From assembly GCA_019694435.1 (NCBI GenBank), contig JAIBBZ010000004.1:22922-86921 (forward strand): 64,000 nt of DNA. Reading direction: 5' to 3'. A program made the position numbers and the translations under genes. The notes beneath the pieces were generated by a model. The model made no database searches, was not told the DNA's origin, and was given only the letters and a program-made list of their open reading frames with translations. The DNA comes from Pirellulales bacterium. Lineage in GTDB: Bacteria; Planctomycetota; Planctomycetia; Pirellulales; JAEUIK01. Shown here piece after piece: positions 45,015 through 54,589 of the stretch (positions within the stretch are counted from its first letter, which is position 1; every line of letters begins with the position of its first letter).

Positions 45015-45566
45015 TTACCCCGCCGGCTCGATGCCGAAGTCGCGGATGGTGAACAGGCTGCTGAAGCGGTAGCCGCGGCTTTCGAACGCCTCGCGGCCCC
45101 CTTCGAGGCGATCGACGATCGTCAGCACGTGCACGACCTTCAGGCCGAACTCCTCGGCCCGTTCGATCGCCAACAGCGACGAGCCGCCGGTCGTGACGAC
45201 GTCTTCGACGATGGCCACGTTCTGACCCGCCGCGACGGGCCCTTCGATGTAGCGGTTGGTGCCGTGCCCCTTGGGCTCTTTGCGCACCAGGAAGCCGGCC
45301 AGGTCGAGTTGACGCAAATCGGCCAGCGTGATGATGGCCGCCACGATCGGATCGGCGCCGATCGACATGCCGCCCACGGCCGCTGGCGGGCTATCGGCCA
45401 GCAGATCAAGCATCCCCTCGCCGACCAGCCGCGCGCCGGCCGAAGCCAGGGTGATCTGTTTGCAGTCGAGGTAGAACTTGGCCTTCTTGCCCGAGGCGAG
45501 CGTGAAGTCGCCAAACCGCAGGGCCCGGCTGCGAACCAACTCGGCAAGTGCGTTGCGATCGTACAC
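45015..45566 (-). CDS. pyrE: Orotate phosphoribosyltransferase
   Basis: PRTase motif VAIVEDVVTTGGSS and the N-terminal FGDFTLASGKKAKFYLD. A GTG start is proposed because the ATG-initiated track ORF adds an implausible 50-aa Arg/Pro-rich extension. Confidence 0.8.
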   Translation of the reverse strand: MYDRNALAELVRSRALRFGDFTLASGKKAKFYLDCKQITLASAGARLVGEGMLDLLADSPPAAVGGMSIGADPIVAAIITLADLRQLDLAGFLVRKEPKGHGTNRYIEGPVAAGQNVAIVEDVVTTGGSSLLAIERAEEFGLKVVHVLTIVDRLEGGREAFESRGYRFSSLFTIRDFGIEPAG

Positions 45567-45734
45567 GGTCGTGACCAGGTCCTTTCTGCGTTTCCAGCGG
45601 CATCTCGCGCCCGGCGGCCATCCTACACCCTTAGCGCACGGCGAACAGCCTCCCAAGCAAAACGCAGCCCAGGCTCGCGGTGAGCCTGGGCTGCGGCCAG
45701 GGTGTCGGATTTGCAATCCGCTGCCGTGCGGCGG

Positions 45735-46925
45735 TCAGTGACGAATCGTCACCCGCGAGCCGACGGAGAGGATGTCGTAGACGTCGATGATGTCGGCGGG
45801 CGACATGCGGATGCAGCCGCGCGATTCGGCACGTCCGACCGAGTTCGGATCGTTCGTGCCGTGGATGCCCAAATGGTTTCCCAGATCGAGCCAGCGCTCG
45901 CCGAGCGGATTGGCGGGGTCGTCGGCCGCGATCGTGCCGTCGGCGCCGGTGTACTCGGGGTTCTCGACCTTGTTTTGCACCGTGTACTCGCCGACCGGCG
46001 TCGATTGATCCTGCCCGATGCCGATGCGGAACCGGCCCGCGTAGCGCTCGTGCAAATACAGGGTCAGCAGGAACTCATCAAGATCGACGACCGCATTGAA
46101 CGGTCCGCGCAGCACCTTGAGCTGTGTGCCGGGCTGCAACTGGTTGGGATCGCGAATGCCATTGATCTTGGCCAGCAACTGCCAAGGCACCTGGTAGGGC
46201 GCGGCAATCTTGTCGAGCGTGTCGCCCGGCTGCACGACGTAGGCCGGCTCGAGCACATGCTCGCCCGAGTACACGGCCGTGCCGGCCACCGGGTCGAGAA
46301 GTTCCATCAACTGTTGGTGTTCTTCGCCCGCGAGATTCGGGTTGTCGTACCACTGCGACAATGCCAGGTGCGCCGCGGCCAACTGACCCTGTTCGATCTG
46401 CTGGCGCATGGCTTGGAGTGCGGTGGCGAAATCGCCCGCCGGCGCGGCGGGCGGAACGCCGGCGGCTTCGGCGCCGGGCACGGTGGCCAGATCGGCAGGC
46501 GGCGTGGCATAGCTGTTGCCGTAGGCCTCATTCACCGGCGCGGCCTGCGTGGTCAGTGGGGCGGCCGCGGTGTTCGCGTCGGGCATGGCGCTGGGATCGA
46601 CCGGAGGCGCGGCGCCAAAGGCGGGCGCCTCGACTGGCGGGGCTTCGACCTCGGGCGCAGCGCCAGGAGGGGCGGGAGCGGCGGCCAGCGGCGCTGCCGG
46701 CGCTTCGGCAAACGGCGGCGCTTCGCTCGCTTCGGTTGGAACCGGTTGCACCTCGGTCGGCACGGCATCGCCTTCGCCCATGTCGATCGCGGGAGGCGCG
46801 TCGGCCCAGCCGGGCGGCGCTTCGGCCGGCGGTGGCGGTTCCGGCGATCCGGTTAAGGCGAGCCAGACGCCATATCCGATGCCGCCTAGTACGACCAACA
46901 TCACCAACGACTTGAGCGAGTTCAC
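45735..46925 (-). CDS. L,D-transpeptidase (YkuD) family protein with LysM domain and Ala/Pro-rich linker
   Basis: LysM (YVVQPGDTLDKIAAPYQVPWQLLAKINGI). YkuD catalytic motifs HGTNDPNSVGRAESRGCIRM. N-terminal TM/signal. Start uncertain (GTG 46925 or ATG 46901). Confidence 0.75.
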   Translation of the reverse strand: MNSLKSLVMLVVLGGIGYGVWLALTGSPEPPPPAEAPPGWADAPPAIDMGEGDAVPTEVQPVPTEASEAPPFAEAPAAPLAAAPAPPGAAPEVEAPPVEAPAFGAAPPVDPSAMPDANTAAAPLTTQAAPVNEAYGNSYATPPADLATVPGAEAAGVPPAAPAGDFATALQAMRQQIEQGQLAAAHLALSQWYDNPNLAGEEHQQLMELLDPVAGTAVYSGEHVLEPAYVVQPGDTLDKIAAPYQVPWQLLAKINGIRDPNQLQPGTQLKVLRGPFNAVVDLDEFLLTLYLHERYAGRFRIGIGQDQSTPVGEYTVQNKVENPEYTGADGTIAADDPANPLGERWLDLGNHLGIHGTNDPNSVGRAESRGCIRMSPADIIDVYDILSVGSRVTIRH

Positions 46926-47110
46926 GTTCGTCCTCCCTGACGCGCGTGCGGGACGATTTCCTGCCGCAGAGCGTTCACCTGATCCTTGGCCGATACGCTT
47001 GAGCCGGATCATACGCCAAGGGGACCGCCGAGTGCTACGTCAGCCTGCATAGCAGCGGCTTCGGCTGCCCGGTCCGAATTGGCGGCAGCGCACACGCCAG
47101 CAGCATCGTG

Positions 47111-48487
47111 CTAGCGGGGCGGCGCATCGGCCGGCTGCCGCGAAGTACGCAGCCGGGCCCGAATCTGCTCCAGCCGCTCGGCCAATTCGCGCTCGAAGCC
47201 GCGGTCGACCGGCCGGTAATACTCCCGCTCGACGCCCAGATAGTCCTGTGCCGCGACCCCCTCGGGCGCATCGTGCGAATACTCGTATCCGGCACCATGC
47301 CCCATCCGCTTGGCGCCGGCATAGTGGCGGTCGCGCAGATGCACCGGGACGGGCACGAGCCGCCCCTCGTTCACGTCGCGGCTGGCCTCACCGATGCCCA
47401 CGGTGCAAGCGTTTGACTTCGGCGCGCAGGCCAGATAGGTCACGGCCTGGGCCAGGTGCAATTGGCACTCGGGCAAGCCGACAAACTCGCAGGCCTGCAT
47501 CGCCGCCACGGCCAGGGGCAGGGCGTGCGGGTCGGCGTTGCCGACGTCCTCGCTGGCCAGGATCACCAGCCGCCGCGCCAAGAACCGCACGTCTTCGCCG
47601 GCATTCAGCATCCGCGCCAGCCAGTATAGACCCGCGTCGGGGTCGCTGCCGCGGATGCTCTTGATCAGTGCGCTGGCGGCGTCGTAGTGAGCGTCGCCCG
47701 AACGATCGTATTGAATCGCTTTGCGCTGCACCGATTCGGCGGCCAGCTCGCGGGTAAACTCGATGGGGCGTTCGCGGCTCGACAACACGCCGATCTCGAG
47801 CGCCGACAGGGCCCTCCGCGCGTCGCCATCGCTGACCTCGGCCAGAAACTCCAGCGCGTCGTCGTGCAGGTTCACCGGGTAGCGCCCCAGCCCGCGCTGC
47901 GCGTCGGTCAGCGCGCGCCGGACTATGGAGCGGATGTCGTCCTTGGTCAGCGGCTCGAACTGGAAGACCTGGCTGCGGCTGACCAGCGCGCTGGTCAGCG
48001 CAAAAAAGGGATTCTGCGTCGTCGCGCCGACCAGCACGATCGTGCCGCTCTCGACGTCGGGCAGCAGCACGTCCTGCTGTGCCTTGCTGAACCGGTGGAT
48101 CTCGTCGATGAACAGCAGCGTCCGCCGACCTTCGGCCGCCAACCGATCTTGGGCCGCCGCGATCACGTCGCGCAGCTCCTTGACGCCGCTGGTCACGGCG
48201 TTGACTTGTTCGAAGTGGCTCTTGCTCTCGCCGGCCAGCAGCCGGGCCAGCGTAGTCTTGCCGGTGCCGGGCGGGCCGTAGAACACCACCGAGCTGAGTC
48301 GATCGGCCGCCAGCAACCGGCGCAGCAACTTCCCCTCGGCCAGAAAATGCGATTGGCCCGTAAACTCGGCAAGCGTGCGCGGTCGCATCCGCGCGGCCAA
48401 GGGCAGGGCCCGTTGGCGATTGGCTTCTTCGCTGGCGGCAAACAGGTTCATGTCGTCGGTCTCATCGCGCGGCCGTGCCGTCGACAT
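47111..48487 (-). CDS. rarA: Replication-associated recombination protein A (AAA+ ATPase)
   Basis: Walker A GPPGTGKTT, Walker B LLFIDEIHRF, and the MgsA/RarA C-terminal helical domains (RGSDPDAGLYWLARML). Confidence 0.85.
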   Translation of the reverse strand: MSTARPRDETDDMNLFAASEEANRQRALPLAARMRPRTLAEFTGQSHFLAEGKLLRRLLAADRLSSVVFYGPPGTGKTTLARLLAGESKSHFEQVNAVTSGVKELRDVIAAAQDRLAAEGRRTLLFIDEIHRFSKAQQDVLLPDVESGTIVLVGATTQNPFFALTSALVSRSQVFQFEPLTKDDIRSIVRRALTDAQRGLGRYPVNLHDDALEFLAEVSDGDARRALSALEIGVLSSRERPIEFTRELAAESVQRKAIQYDRSGDAHYDAASALIKSIRGSDPDAGLYWLARMLNAGEDVRFLARRLVILASEDVGNADPHALPLAVAAMQACEFVGLPECQLHLAQAVTYLACAPKSNACTVGIGEASRDVNEGRLVPVPVHLRDRHYAGAKRMGHGAGYEYSHDAPEGVAAQDYLGVEREYYRPVDRGFERELAERLEQIRARLRTSRQPADAPPR

Positions 48488-48582
48488 GGCATTCTACCGC
48501 CGCAACGCGCGGGCTGCTTGCCGGCGTGGCATTCCGCGCGGCCACGGCCTACAATGCGGCGCCATCAGCCTGGGTTTGCCCC

Positions 48583-49104
48583 ATGGACACCTCGTCGGCA
48601 TCGCCCTCTGCTTCCGTCTCTTCGTCCGGACGACGCGCCGTGTGGACGTTTTTGTTGATTGTGCTGGTGATCGTCGTGGCCGTGGCCGCGATCCTGGCGA
48701 CGCAGATCGACGACTGGAGCCGTGACCTGTCGCAAAACACGGCCCGCACCGACAGTGCCGCGGCCGATCCAGGGCTGCATCCGCTGCGCGTGCGGGCCAG
48801 CGTCGACGACGCGGCCGTGGCCGTGGCGGCCGCCGCGGCCACGCTGCCGCGGTGGGCTGTTGCGGATCGCACGGTTTCGGCCACGGCCGGCGCCCGGTTG
48901 GCCTTCGTCCGCACCACTCCGCTGATGCGCTTCAAGGACGATATCGTGATCACTATTTCGCCGCTGCCCGAGGGCGGAGTGATCGTCGATGCCGAAAGCA
49001 AGTCGCGCGTGGGTAAGGGGGACCTCGGTCAGAATCCGCGCAACATCAAAGAGCTGTTCGCGGCGATCAAGGTGCAACTGGGCGAACGCGCGGTACAGCC
49101 GTAA
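48583..49104 (+). CDS. DUF1499 family protein
   Basis: N-terminal TM. The C-terminal motif SRVGKGDLGQNPRNIKELF matches the G-x-D-x-G-x-N-x-x-R-I signature I associate with DUF1499. Confidence 0.6.
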   Translation: MDTSSASPSASVSSSGRRAVWTFLLIVLVIVVAVAAILATQIDDWSRDLSQNTARTDSAAADPGLHPLRVRASVDDAAVAVAAAAATLPRWAVADRTVSATAGARLAFVRTTPLMRFKDDIVITISPLPEGGVIVDAESKSRVGKGDLGQNPRNIKELFAAIKVQLGERAVQP

Positions 49105-49134
49105 GGCCTGCACTGCCCGGACAGCCGCATCGCT

Positions 49135-50223
49135 TTAGAACAGCCGCATCTGTCCCGAGGGCTCGCGCGGCGGCCGGAACTGCGAACTGTCGAGCGACGG
49201 CGGCGGCTGATTCAGGCCGTGTTTGGCCTTGAACACCTGGAACATCGCGCCGATCTGCTGGGCATAGTTGCCTTGGCCGCGCATGCGTTGGTCGAACGCC
49301 GGATCGTAGAGCTGGCCGCCCCGGGTCTCGCGAATCAGGGCTTCGACGCGGTCTTGCGCCAGCGGCCGATGCTCGGCCAGCCACGCGCGAAAGATCGGTT
49401 CGACCGCCAGCGGCAGCCGCAGCAGCGTGTAGGTCGCACTCGATGCGCCGGCCTCACGGGCCGCTTCGAGCACCTGCGGAATCTCGTGGTCGTTGATGCC
49501 GGGCATGATCGGCGCCATCATCACCCGCACCGGCACGGCGGCCGCGCTCAATTCGCGAATGGCTCGCAAGCGGGCCTGGGGCGCCGAAGTCCGCGGCTCG
49601 AGCCGGCGCGTCAGTCCCTGATCGAGGGACGTGATGCTCACGTTGACGGCGACGAGCTTGTTTTGCGCCAGCTCGGCGAGTACGTCGAGATCGCGCGTGA
49701 TCAGGGCGTTCTTCGTGATGATCGCCACGGGTTGTCGGGCCTCGAGCATCACCTCCAGGCAGCCGCGCGTTAGCCGCAGCTCGGCTTCCACCGGCTGATA
49801 ACAGTCGGTCACGCCCGACAGTGCGATCAATTCGCCGCGCCAATTCGGATGGCCCAGCTCTTTGCGCAAGAGTGCCGGCGCGTCGTGCTTGACCAGAATG
49901 CGGGTCTCGAAATCGAGCCCGGCCGACAGGCCGAGATACTCGTGGTAGGGGCGGGCATAGCAATACGCGCAGCCGTGTTCGCAGCCGCGATAAGGATTGA
50001 TGCTCCAGTCGAACGCGACGTCGGGGCTGTCGTTGCGCGTGATCAGCGATTGCGAACGGTCGGGCAGGAACTGCGTGGGCACCGTGCGCCGCGGGGCCTG
50101 GAGATCTTCGTCGTGCTCCAGTTGCTCGAAGTCGGGCTCCAGGTGCGTGGCCTCGAAGCGATTCGCCGGCTGCGCCTGCGTACCCCGGCCGACGATGCGT
50201 GGTGGCTGTTGCGGGTTCATCAC
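49135..50223 (-). CDS. PA0069-family radical SAM protein (SPL/DNA-repair photolyase-like)
   Basis: Radical SAM cysteine motif CEHGCAYCYAR. About 360 aa with an N-terminal extension typical of the PA0069 group. Confidence 0.8.
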   Translation of the reverse strand: MMNPQQPPRIVGRGTQAQPANRFEATHLEPDFEQLEHDEDLQAPRRTVPTQFLPDRSQSLITRNDSPDVAFDWSINPYRGCEHGCAYCYARPYHEYLGLSAGLDFETRILVKHDAPALLRKELGHPNWRGELIALSGVTDCYQPVEAELRLTRGCLEVMLEARQPVAIITKNALITRDLDVLAELAQNKLVAVNVSITSLDQGLTRRLEPRTSAPQARLRAIRELSAAAVPVRVMMAPIMPGINDHEIPQVLEAAREAGASSATYTLLRLPLAVEPIFRAWLAEHRPLAQDRVEALIRETRGGQLYDPAFDQRMRGQGNYAQQIGAMFQVFKAKHGLNQPPPSLDSSQFRPPREPSGQMRLF

Positions 50224-50415
50224 GGGGCATTATAGGCGCGGTCCACGCGGCCGGCCGCGCACACCAGGGCATTCGTCAAGGTTTGCCCGCGCGGCGAACC
50301 TTTGCCGATCGTCAGGCGCGGCGGCCAAGCACCCCTGCGAACGAACCTTTCTTGCTCCCGGCCGCGCAACCGGCGGCACAATCGAGCTACCAACGGACCG
50401 TGGCGCGGGAATTTC

Positions 50416-50444
50416 TTGACCCCTTACAGAAGCGGGGTTAGTTT
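50416..50444 (+). promoter_or_regulatory. Sigma70-like promoter candidate (TTGACC-17nt-TAGTTT)
   Basis: TTGACC at 50416-50421, a 17-nt spacer, then TAGTTT at 50439-50444, about 60 nt upstream of the C13-peptidase gene start. GGAGG lies 8 nt before its ATG. Confidence 0.35.
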
Positions 50445-50506
50445 TCGGTTGGTGACTTTGTCGCACCTGCACCAGCGCTCGCCGCGCACTCTCGGAGGCT
50501 TACCGT

Positions 50507-52129
50507 ATGTCGTGGGCCCAGGTCGGTCGGAGTCGGGGTGTCGCACTTTGCCTGCTCGCGCTACTCGCACTTTGTGGTCAGACTGCCCGGGCCGCGCAGT
50601 ACTTTCTCACGATCGGCGGCGGCTATTCGCCCAGCGGCAACCAGGTCTCGCTCGAGCGGAACGTGCTGTACTTCCAGCGGCTGCTGGCCGAACAAGGTCT
50701 GGCCGCTGCGCCGCACGAGGTGTTCTTTGCCGACGGCGACGACCCGGCGCGCGATCTGCAATTTGTCGATCCCGGTTTTCACGTCCCGGCCGCGAATCTG
50801 CTGCTGGCCCAGCTCGCCGGCGAAGAGGAGGGGCTCGAGCTGCAGTACCGCAATCATGACCTGCCCGGCGCGCAGCACGGTGCGACGCGGGCCAATATTG
50901 AGCGCTGGTTCGGCGACGTCGGGCAACAACTCACCGCGACGGATCGGCTCGTCGTTTATCTCACCGGCCACGGCGGCAAAGGCAGTTCGGGCGAAAACAG
51001 CCTGTTCCATTTGTGGAATGGCGAGCGGATGACGGTCAAAGAGTTCACCGCGCAGTTGGACCGCGTGCCGCCGGAGGTCCCGGTGGTGCTTGTGATGGTG
51101 CAGTGCTACTCGGGCGGGTTCGCCAACGTGATCTTTCAAGGCGGCGATCCGGCGCAAGGCGTCAGTCCTGCGCGGCGTTGCGGTTTCTTTGCCACGGTAT
51201 ACGACCGAGTCGCGGCGGGTTGCACGCCCGACATTCGCGAAGAGGACTATCAGGAATACAGCACGGCTTTTTGGGCGGCGCTGGGGGGCCGCACTCGCGC
51301 GGGCGAGCCGATCGACCTGCCCGACTTCGACGGCGACGGCCACGTCAGCTTTACCGAGGCCCACGCGTATGCCCTGATCCAATCGCCGACGATCGACATT
51401 TCGGTCAAGACGTCCGACGCTTTGTTGCGCGCGTTCAGCAAGTTGAAATCGGACGAGCACGCCGATTTGCTCACTGCCGAGGCGCCCTGCGACGAGTTGT
51501 TAGCCACTGCGGCGCCGGCTGAGCGGACGGCCATCGAACGCTTGTCGTCCCAATTGGACCTGACCGCTGCCAATCGACACGAGGCAGCCGAGCGGCTGGC
51601 CTCCGAGATCACCGCCGAACGGCGACGCGTCGATGGCCAGAAGCGCAAGGTTAGTGGAGAATATCAGCAGCTTCGCACGCAGCTCCGGCGATTCGTCGAA
51701 CACCGTTGGCCCGAGCTCGAGAACCCCTACCACCCGGTCGTGTGCGGCCTGCTGCAAGATCACGGCGCCGAACTGACGGCGGCGATCGACGACCAGCCCG
51801 AGGCCAGCAAATTCCGCGAGTTGCACGACGAGATCGCCCGGCTCGGCGAGCAGTCGCTCGATCTACAGCGTCGCTGGGCGCGTTGCCAGCGCTTGATGCG
51901 CGTGCTCGAAAACGTCGCCCTCGCGGCCAATCTTCCCAAAGTCGCCACGCCCGAGCAGCAACAGCGCTATCAGGCGTTGCTGGCCTGCGAATCGAGCTGG
52001 CTGCTCGACCCGGCCGTCAATGGCCCTGCCGCGCCGCTCGAAGCGGCGATGGTCCGGTTCCGCGCGGCGGCCGACGCGGCGATGGCCGGTACGGCGTCCG
52101 ACCCGCCCCAGGGTGCCTGCACGCCCTGA
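50507..52129 (+). CDS. Secreted caspase-fold cysteine peptidase, C13 (legumain)-like, with long C-terminal helical domain
   Basis: Signal peptide. Catalytic His-Gly (VVYLTGHGG) and Cys (VLVMVQCYSGGF) lie about 40 residues apart, as in the legumain His148/Cys189 dyad. RBS GGAGG. Confidence 0.6.
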   Translation: MSWAQVGRSRGVALCLLALLALCGQTARAAQYFLTIGGGYSPSGNQVSLERNVLYFQRLLAEQGLAAAPHEVFFADGDDPARDLQFVDPGFHVPAANLLLAQLAGEEEGLELQYRNHDLPGAQHGATRANIERWFGDVGQQLTATDRLVVYLTGHGGKGSSGENSLFHLWNGERMTVKEFTAQLDRVPPEVPVVLVMVQCYSGGFANVIFQGGDPAQGVSPARRCGFFATVYDRVAAGCTPDIREEDYQEYSTAFWAALGGRTRAGEPIDLPDFDGDGHVSFTEAHAYALIQSPTIDISVKTSDALLRAFSKLKSDEHADLLTAEAPCDELLATAAPAERTAIERLSSQLDLTAANRHEAAERLASEITAERRRVDGQKRKVSGEYQQLRTQLRRFVEHRWPELENPYHPVVCGLLQDHGAELTAAIDDQPEASKFRELHDEIARLGEQSLDLQRRWARCQRLMRVLENVALAANLPKVATPEQQQRYQALLACESSWLLDPAVNGPAAPLEAAMVRFRAAADAAMAGTASDPPQGACTP

Positions 52130-52145
52130 TCGCGGCCGGTTCCGC

Positions 52146-52844
52146 TTACCACTCCGGCTCGCAGGGGCCCGACGGCGGAAGCATTTCCGCCAGAGGGCAA
52201 CCCGTGCAACGCGGCTGCTTGCCGCAATGCTGCTTGCCGACGCTCACCAGCAAGGCGTGATACTCGTTGAACATCGCCGCGTCGAGCGGCAGCGCCGCGT
52301 GAAAGTGGTCCTGCACGGCGTGGTAGTCGGCCTCCGGTTCGATCCACCCGTGGCGTTTGTACACGCGATGCGTATAGGCATCGACCACGAAGGTCGGAAT
52401 TTGTCCCGCGTAGAGCAGAATCGAATCGGCCGTCTCGGGGCCGATGCCGTTGATGCTCAACAGCGCCTCGCGCAGCTCGGCCGCCGGCTCGGCAAACATC
52501 GCCTCGAGCGAGCCCTCGTAGCGCGCGTGCAGCCAGTGCAGAAAATTGCGCAGCCGCCCGGCCTTCAGGCGGAAGTAGCCTGCCGGGCGAATCAGCTCGG
52601 CCAGTTCCTCGGGCGCCAGTTCGTACATGGCCGAAGGATCGAGGACTTCGGCCGTCCGGAGCCGGGCGATCGCCTGCTCGACGTTCTTCCAGCTCGTGTT
52701 TTGGGTGAGCAGCGCGCCGACAATCACCTCGAAAGGCGTCTCGCCCGGCCACCACGATTGCGGCCCGTAATGCTGCAACAGCCGCTCGAAGACCTCGCGC
52801 ACGGTCGAGCGTTCGTGCGAAGCATTGCGGGTCGAAGCGGACAT
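52146..52844 (-). CDS. Endonuclease III-like HhH-GPD DNA glycosylase with [4Fe-4S] cluster loop
   Basis: HhH-GPD region (LLSINGIGPETADSILLYA) and the C-terminal Cys cluster CGKQPRCTGCPL. Start set at the internal ATG. Confidence 0.75.
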   Translation of the reverse strand: MSASTRNASHERSTVREVFERLLQHYGPQSWWPGETPFEVIVGALLTQNTSWKNVEQAIARLRTAEVLDPSAMYELAPEELAELIRPAGYFRLKAGRLRNFLHWLHARYEGSLEAMFAEPAAELREALLSINGIGPETADSILLYAGQIPTFVVDAYTHRVYKRHGWIEPEADYHAVQDHFHAALPLDAAMFNEYHALLVSVGKQHCGKQPRCTGCPLAEMLPPSGPCEPEW

Positions 52845-53006
52845 GAGGTGGCCCTGCCAGGGCTTGCCGACGAGATATGCCCTTGCAGGGCGCTCGGGCA
52901 ACGGTCGTGCGATTCACAGCGATTGTACGGGCTCAAGAGCCGCGGCGCCACGACCCGAAGTAGACCAGTGACCAGCACCGCAACCCCCTCGCAGTTCGGG
53001 CCCGCC

Positions 53007-53780
53007 ATGAGTACGACCGTCGCCGCGACGAGCGCCGCGCCGCTGCACATGGCCCGCAACTATTGGGACGAGTCGCGAGCCCCGCTGACGAGCCTGCTGT
53101 TCGTCTTGCCGATGCTCTTGGGTTACGAGCTGGGCGGAGCGTATCTCGGCCGCGACGCCTGGCGCAGCGGCGCCGAGGTCTGGCTCAATGCCGTGATTGC
53201 CCAGTCCGGCTTTGCCGGCAGGTGGTTGGTGCCCGTCGCCACGGTCGTTGCGCTGCTGGCCTGGCATCACGCGTCGGGCCGGCGCTGGAATGTTTCGGCC
53301 CTGGTGCTGCTGACCATGCTGGCCGAAACGGTCGCCTGGGCGGCGGGCCTGGTCGCGGCGGCACATGCGCAGCTCGACCTGGTCGCGCGGATGTCGGCCC
53401 AGGAATTGCTACCCGCCGCCGGCATTCTCGAGCAATATGCCGCCGGCCGCGCGCTGAGCCAGGTGGTGCTGTATCTGGGCGCTGGTCTGTACGAAGAGTT
53501 TTTGTTTCGCCTGGCGCTCTTGCCGGTGCTAGCCTGGGCACTGCAAAATCTAGGAAGTCAGCCGCGCGCACGTGCCTGGTTCCTGGCCGCGGTGTTGTCG
53601 ACCTTGGTATTTGCCGCGGCCCACTACATCGGTCCCTACGGCGACGCTTGGGCGTGGCCGACGTTTGCCGTGCGTCTCTTGGCCGGCGGCTTCTTTGCGG
53701 CGCTGTTCGTCTTGCGCGGCTTTGGCATTGCTGCTGGTGCGCACGCCCTCTACGACATTTGGGTCGGCTGCATCGGTTGA
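53007..53780 (+). CDS. CPBP family intramembrane glutamic endopeptidase (CAAX protease-like)
   Basis: Motif 1 EEFLFR, motif 2 FAAAH, motif 3 HALYD, embedded in about 6 TM helices. Confidence 0.7.
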   Translation: MSTTVAATSAAPLHMARNYWDESRAPLTSLLFVLPMLLGYELGGAYLGRDAWRSGAEVWLNAVIAQSGFAGRWLVPVATVVALLAWHHASGRRWNVSALVLLTMLAETVAWAAGLVAAAHAQLDLVARMSAQELLPAAGILEQYAAGRALSQVVLYLGAGLYEEFLFRLALLPVLAWALQNLGSQPRARAWFLAAVLSTLVFAAAHYIGPYGDAWAWPTFAVRLLAGGFFAALFVLRGFGIAAGAHALYDIWVGCIG

Positions 53781-53911
53781 ACCTCGCGCGGCCGCATGTG
53801 CCAGGGCACTGGCGCGCGTTGCCCGATGCTAGCACGCGCACAGAACAAACGGTTGCAGGTTTGTCAAGCGGCGCAGTGCACAGCAATGATCTTCTGCGCG
53901 CGAATCTCCCT

Positions 53912-53940
53912 TTGAGCGCTTGGCGAGTGCAATCTATAAT
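53912..53940 (+). promoter_or_regulatory. Near-consensus sigma70-like promoter (TTGAGC-17nt-TATAAT)
   Basis: TTGAGC at 53912-53917, exactly 17 nt of spacer, then TATAAT at 53935-53940. The downstream gene start at 54010 implies a leader of about 63 nt. Confidence 0.45.
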
Positions 53941-54009
53941 CGCGCTCGTGCGGTGAATGAGTTGTGCTCGGTTGTCCGAGACGCGTGCACTTGATAAGGA
54001 TCTTCGCCC

Positions 54010-54549
54010 GTGCTGACGGTTCGCCCTAAAGTCGCCGAGTTGGTGTTTCAGCTTTATGGTCGCGCACTGCATCCGGAACTGTTCGAAATCCACCAGTCGC
54101 GCCGCGTCGAACGCGGCGACTATCGTGCCCGCATCGACATCACCAGCGCCGGCCATGTGATCACCTGGAGCTATCACGGCCTCACGCTCGTCGAGGTGGC
54201 CACGGCGGCCCATCACCCGTTGCCGCAAAAGCGCCGGCTGTTGTCGTACCGTCTCAAAGGCGATCGCAGCGACCGCGTCGAATCGCGCGGCGGCGTGACC
54301 TATCAGGTCAATTTCTCGCTCGAGCCGGTCGATCCCGAGGTCTTCTGGACCTTCCAGGAAGAACTCTGCTACGACGGCCAGCATCAAGGCATGCTGCAGC
54401 GCTTCGATTCCAGCGGCCGGATGGCCCTGGGCGCGCTCAGCTACGTGAACGTCGAGACCCGGTCGCGCAGCATGCTGGTTCAGGTGTTCCACACCTTCCC
54501 GGACGACTACGCGATCGTCAAAAGTCAGTCGCTGTTCGAAGTGCCCTGA
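54010..54549 (+). CDS. DUF2617 family protein
   Basis: GTG start. The N-terminus MLTVRPKVAELVFQLYGRALHPELFEI matches my recollection of the DUF2617 consensus. 179 aa. Confidence 0.5.
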   Translation: MLTVRPKVAELVFQLYGRALHPELFEIHQSRRVERGDYRARIDITSAGHVITWSYHGLTLVEVATAAHHPLPQKRRLLSYRLKGDRSDRVESRGGVTYQVNFSLEPVDPEVFWTFQEELCYDGQHQGMLQRFDSSGRMALGALSYVNVETRSRSMLVQVFHTFPDDYAIVKSQSLFEVP

Positions 54550-54589
54550 CGCAACGCGTTTGAGCACGAACGCGGCCTATCGCCGCCGG

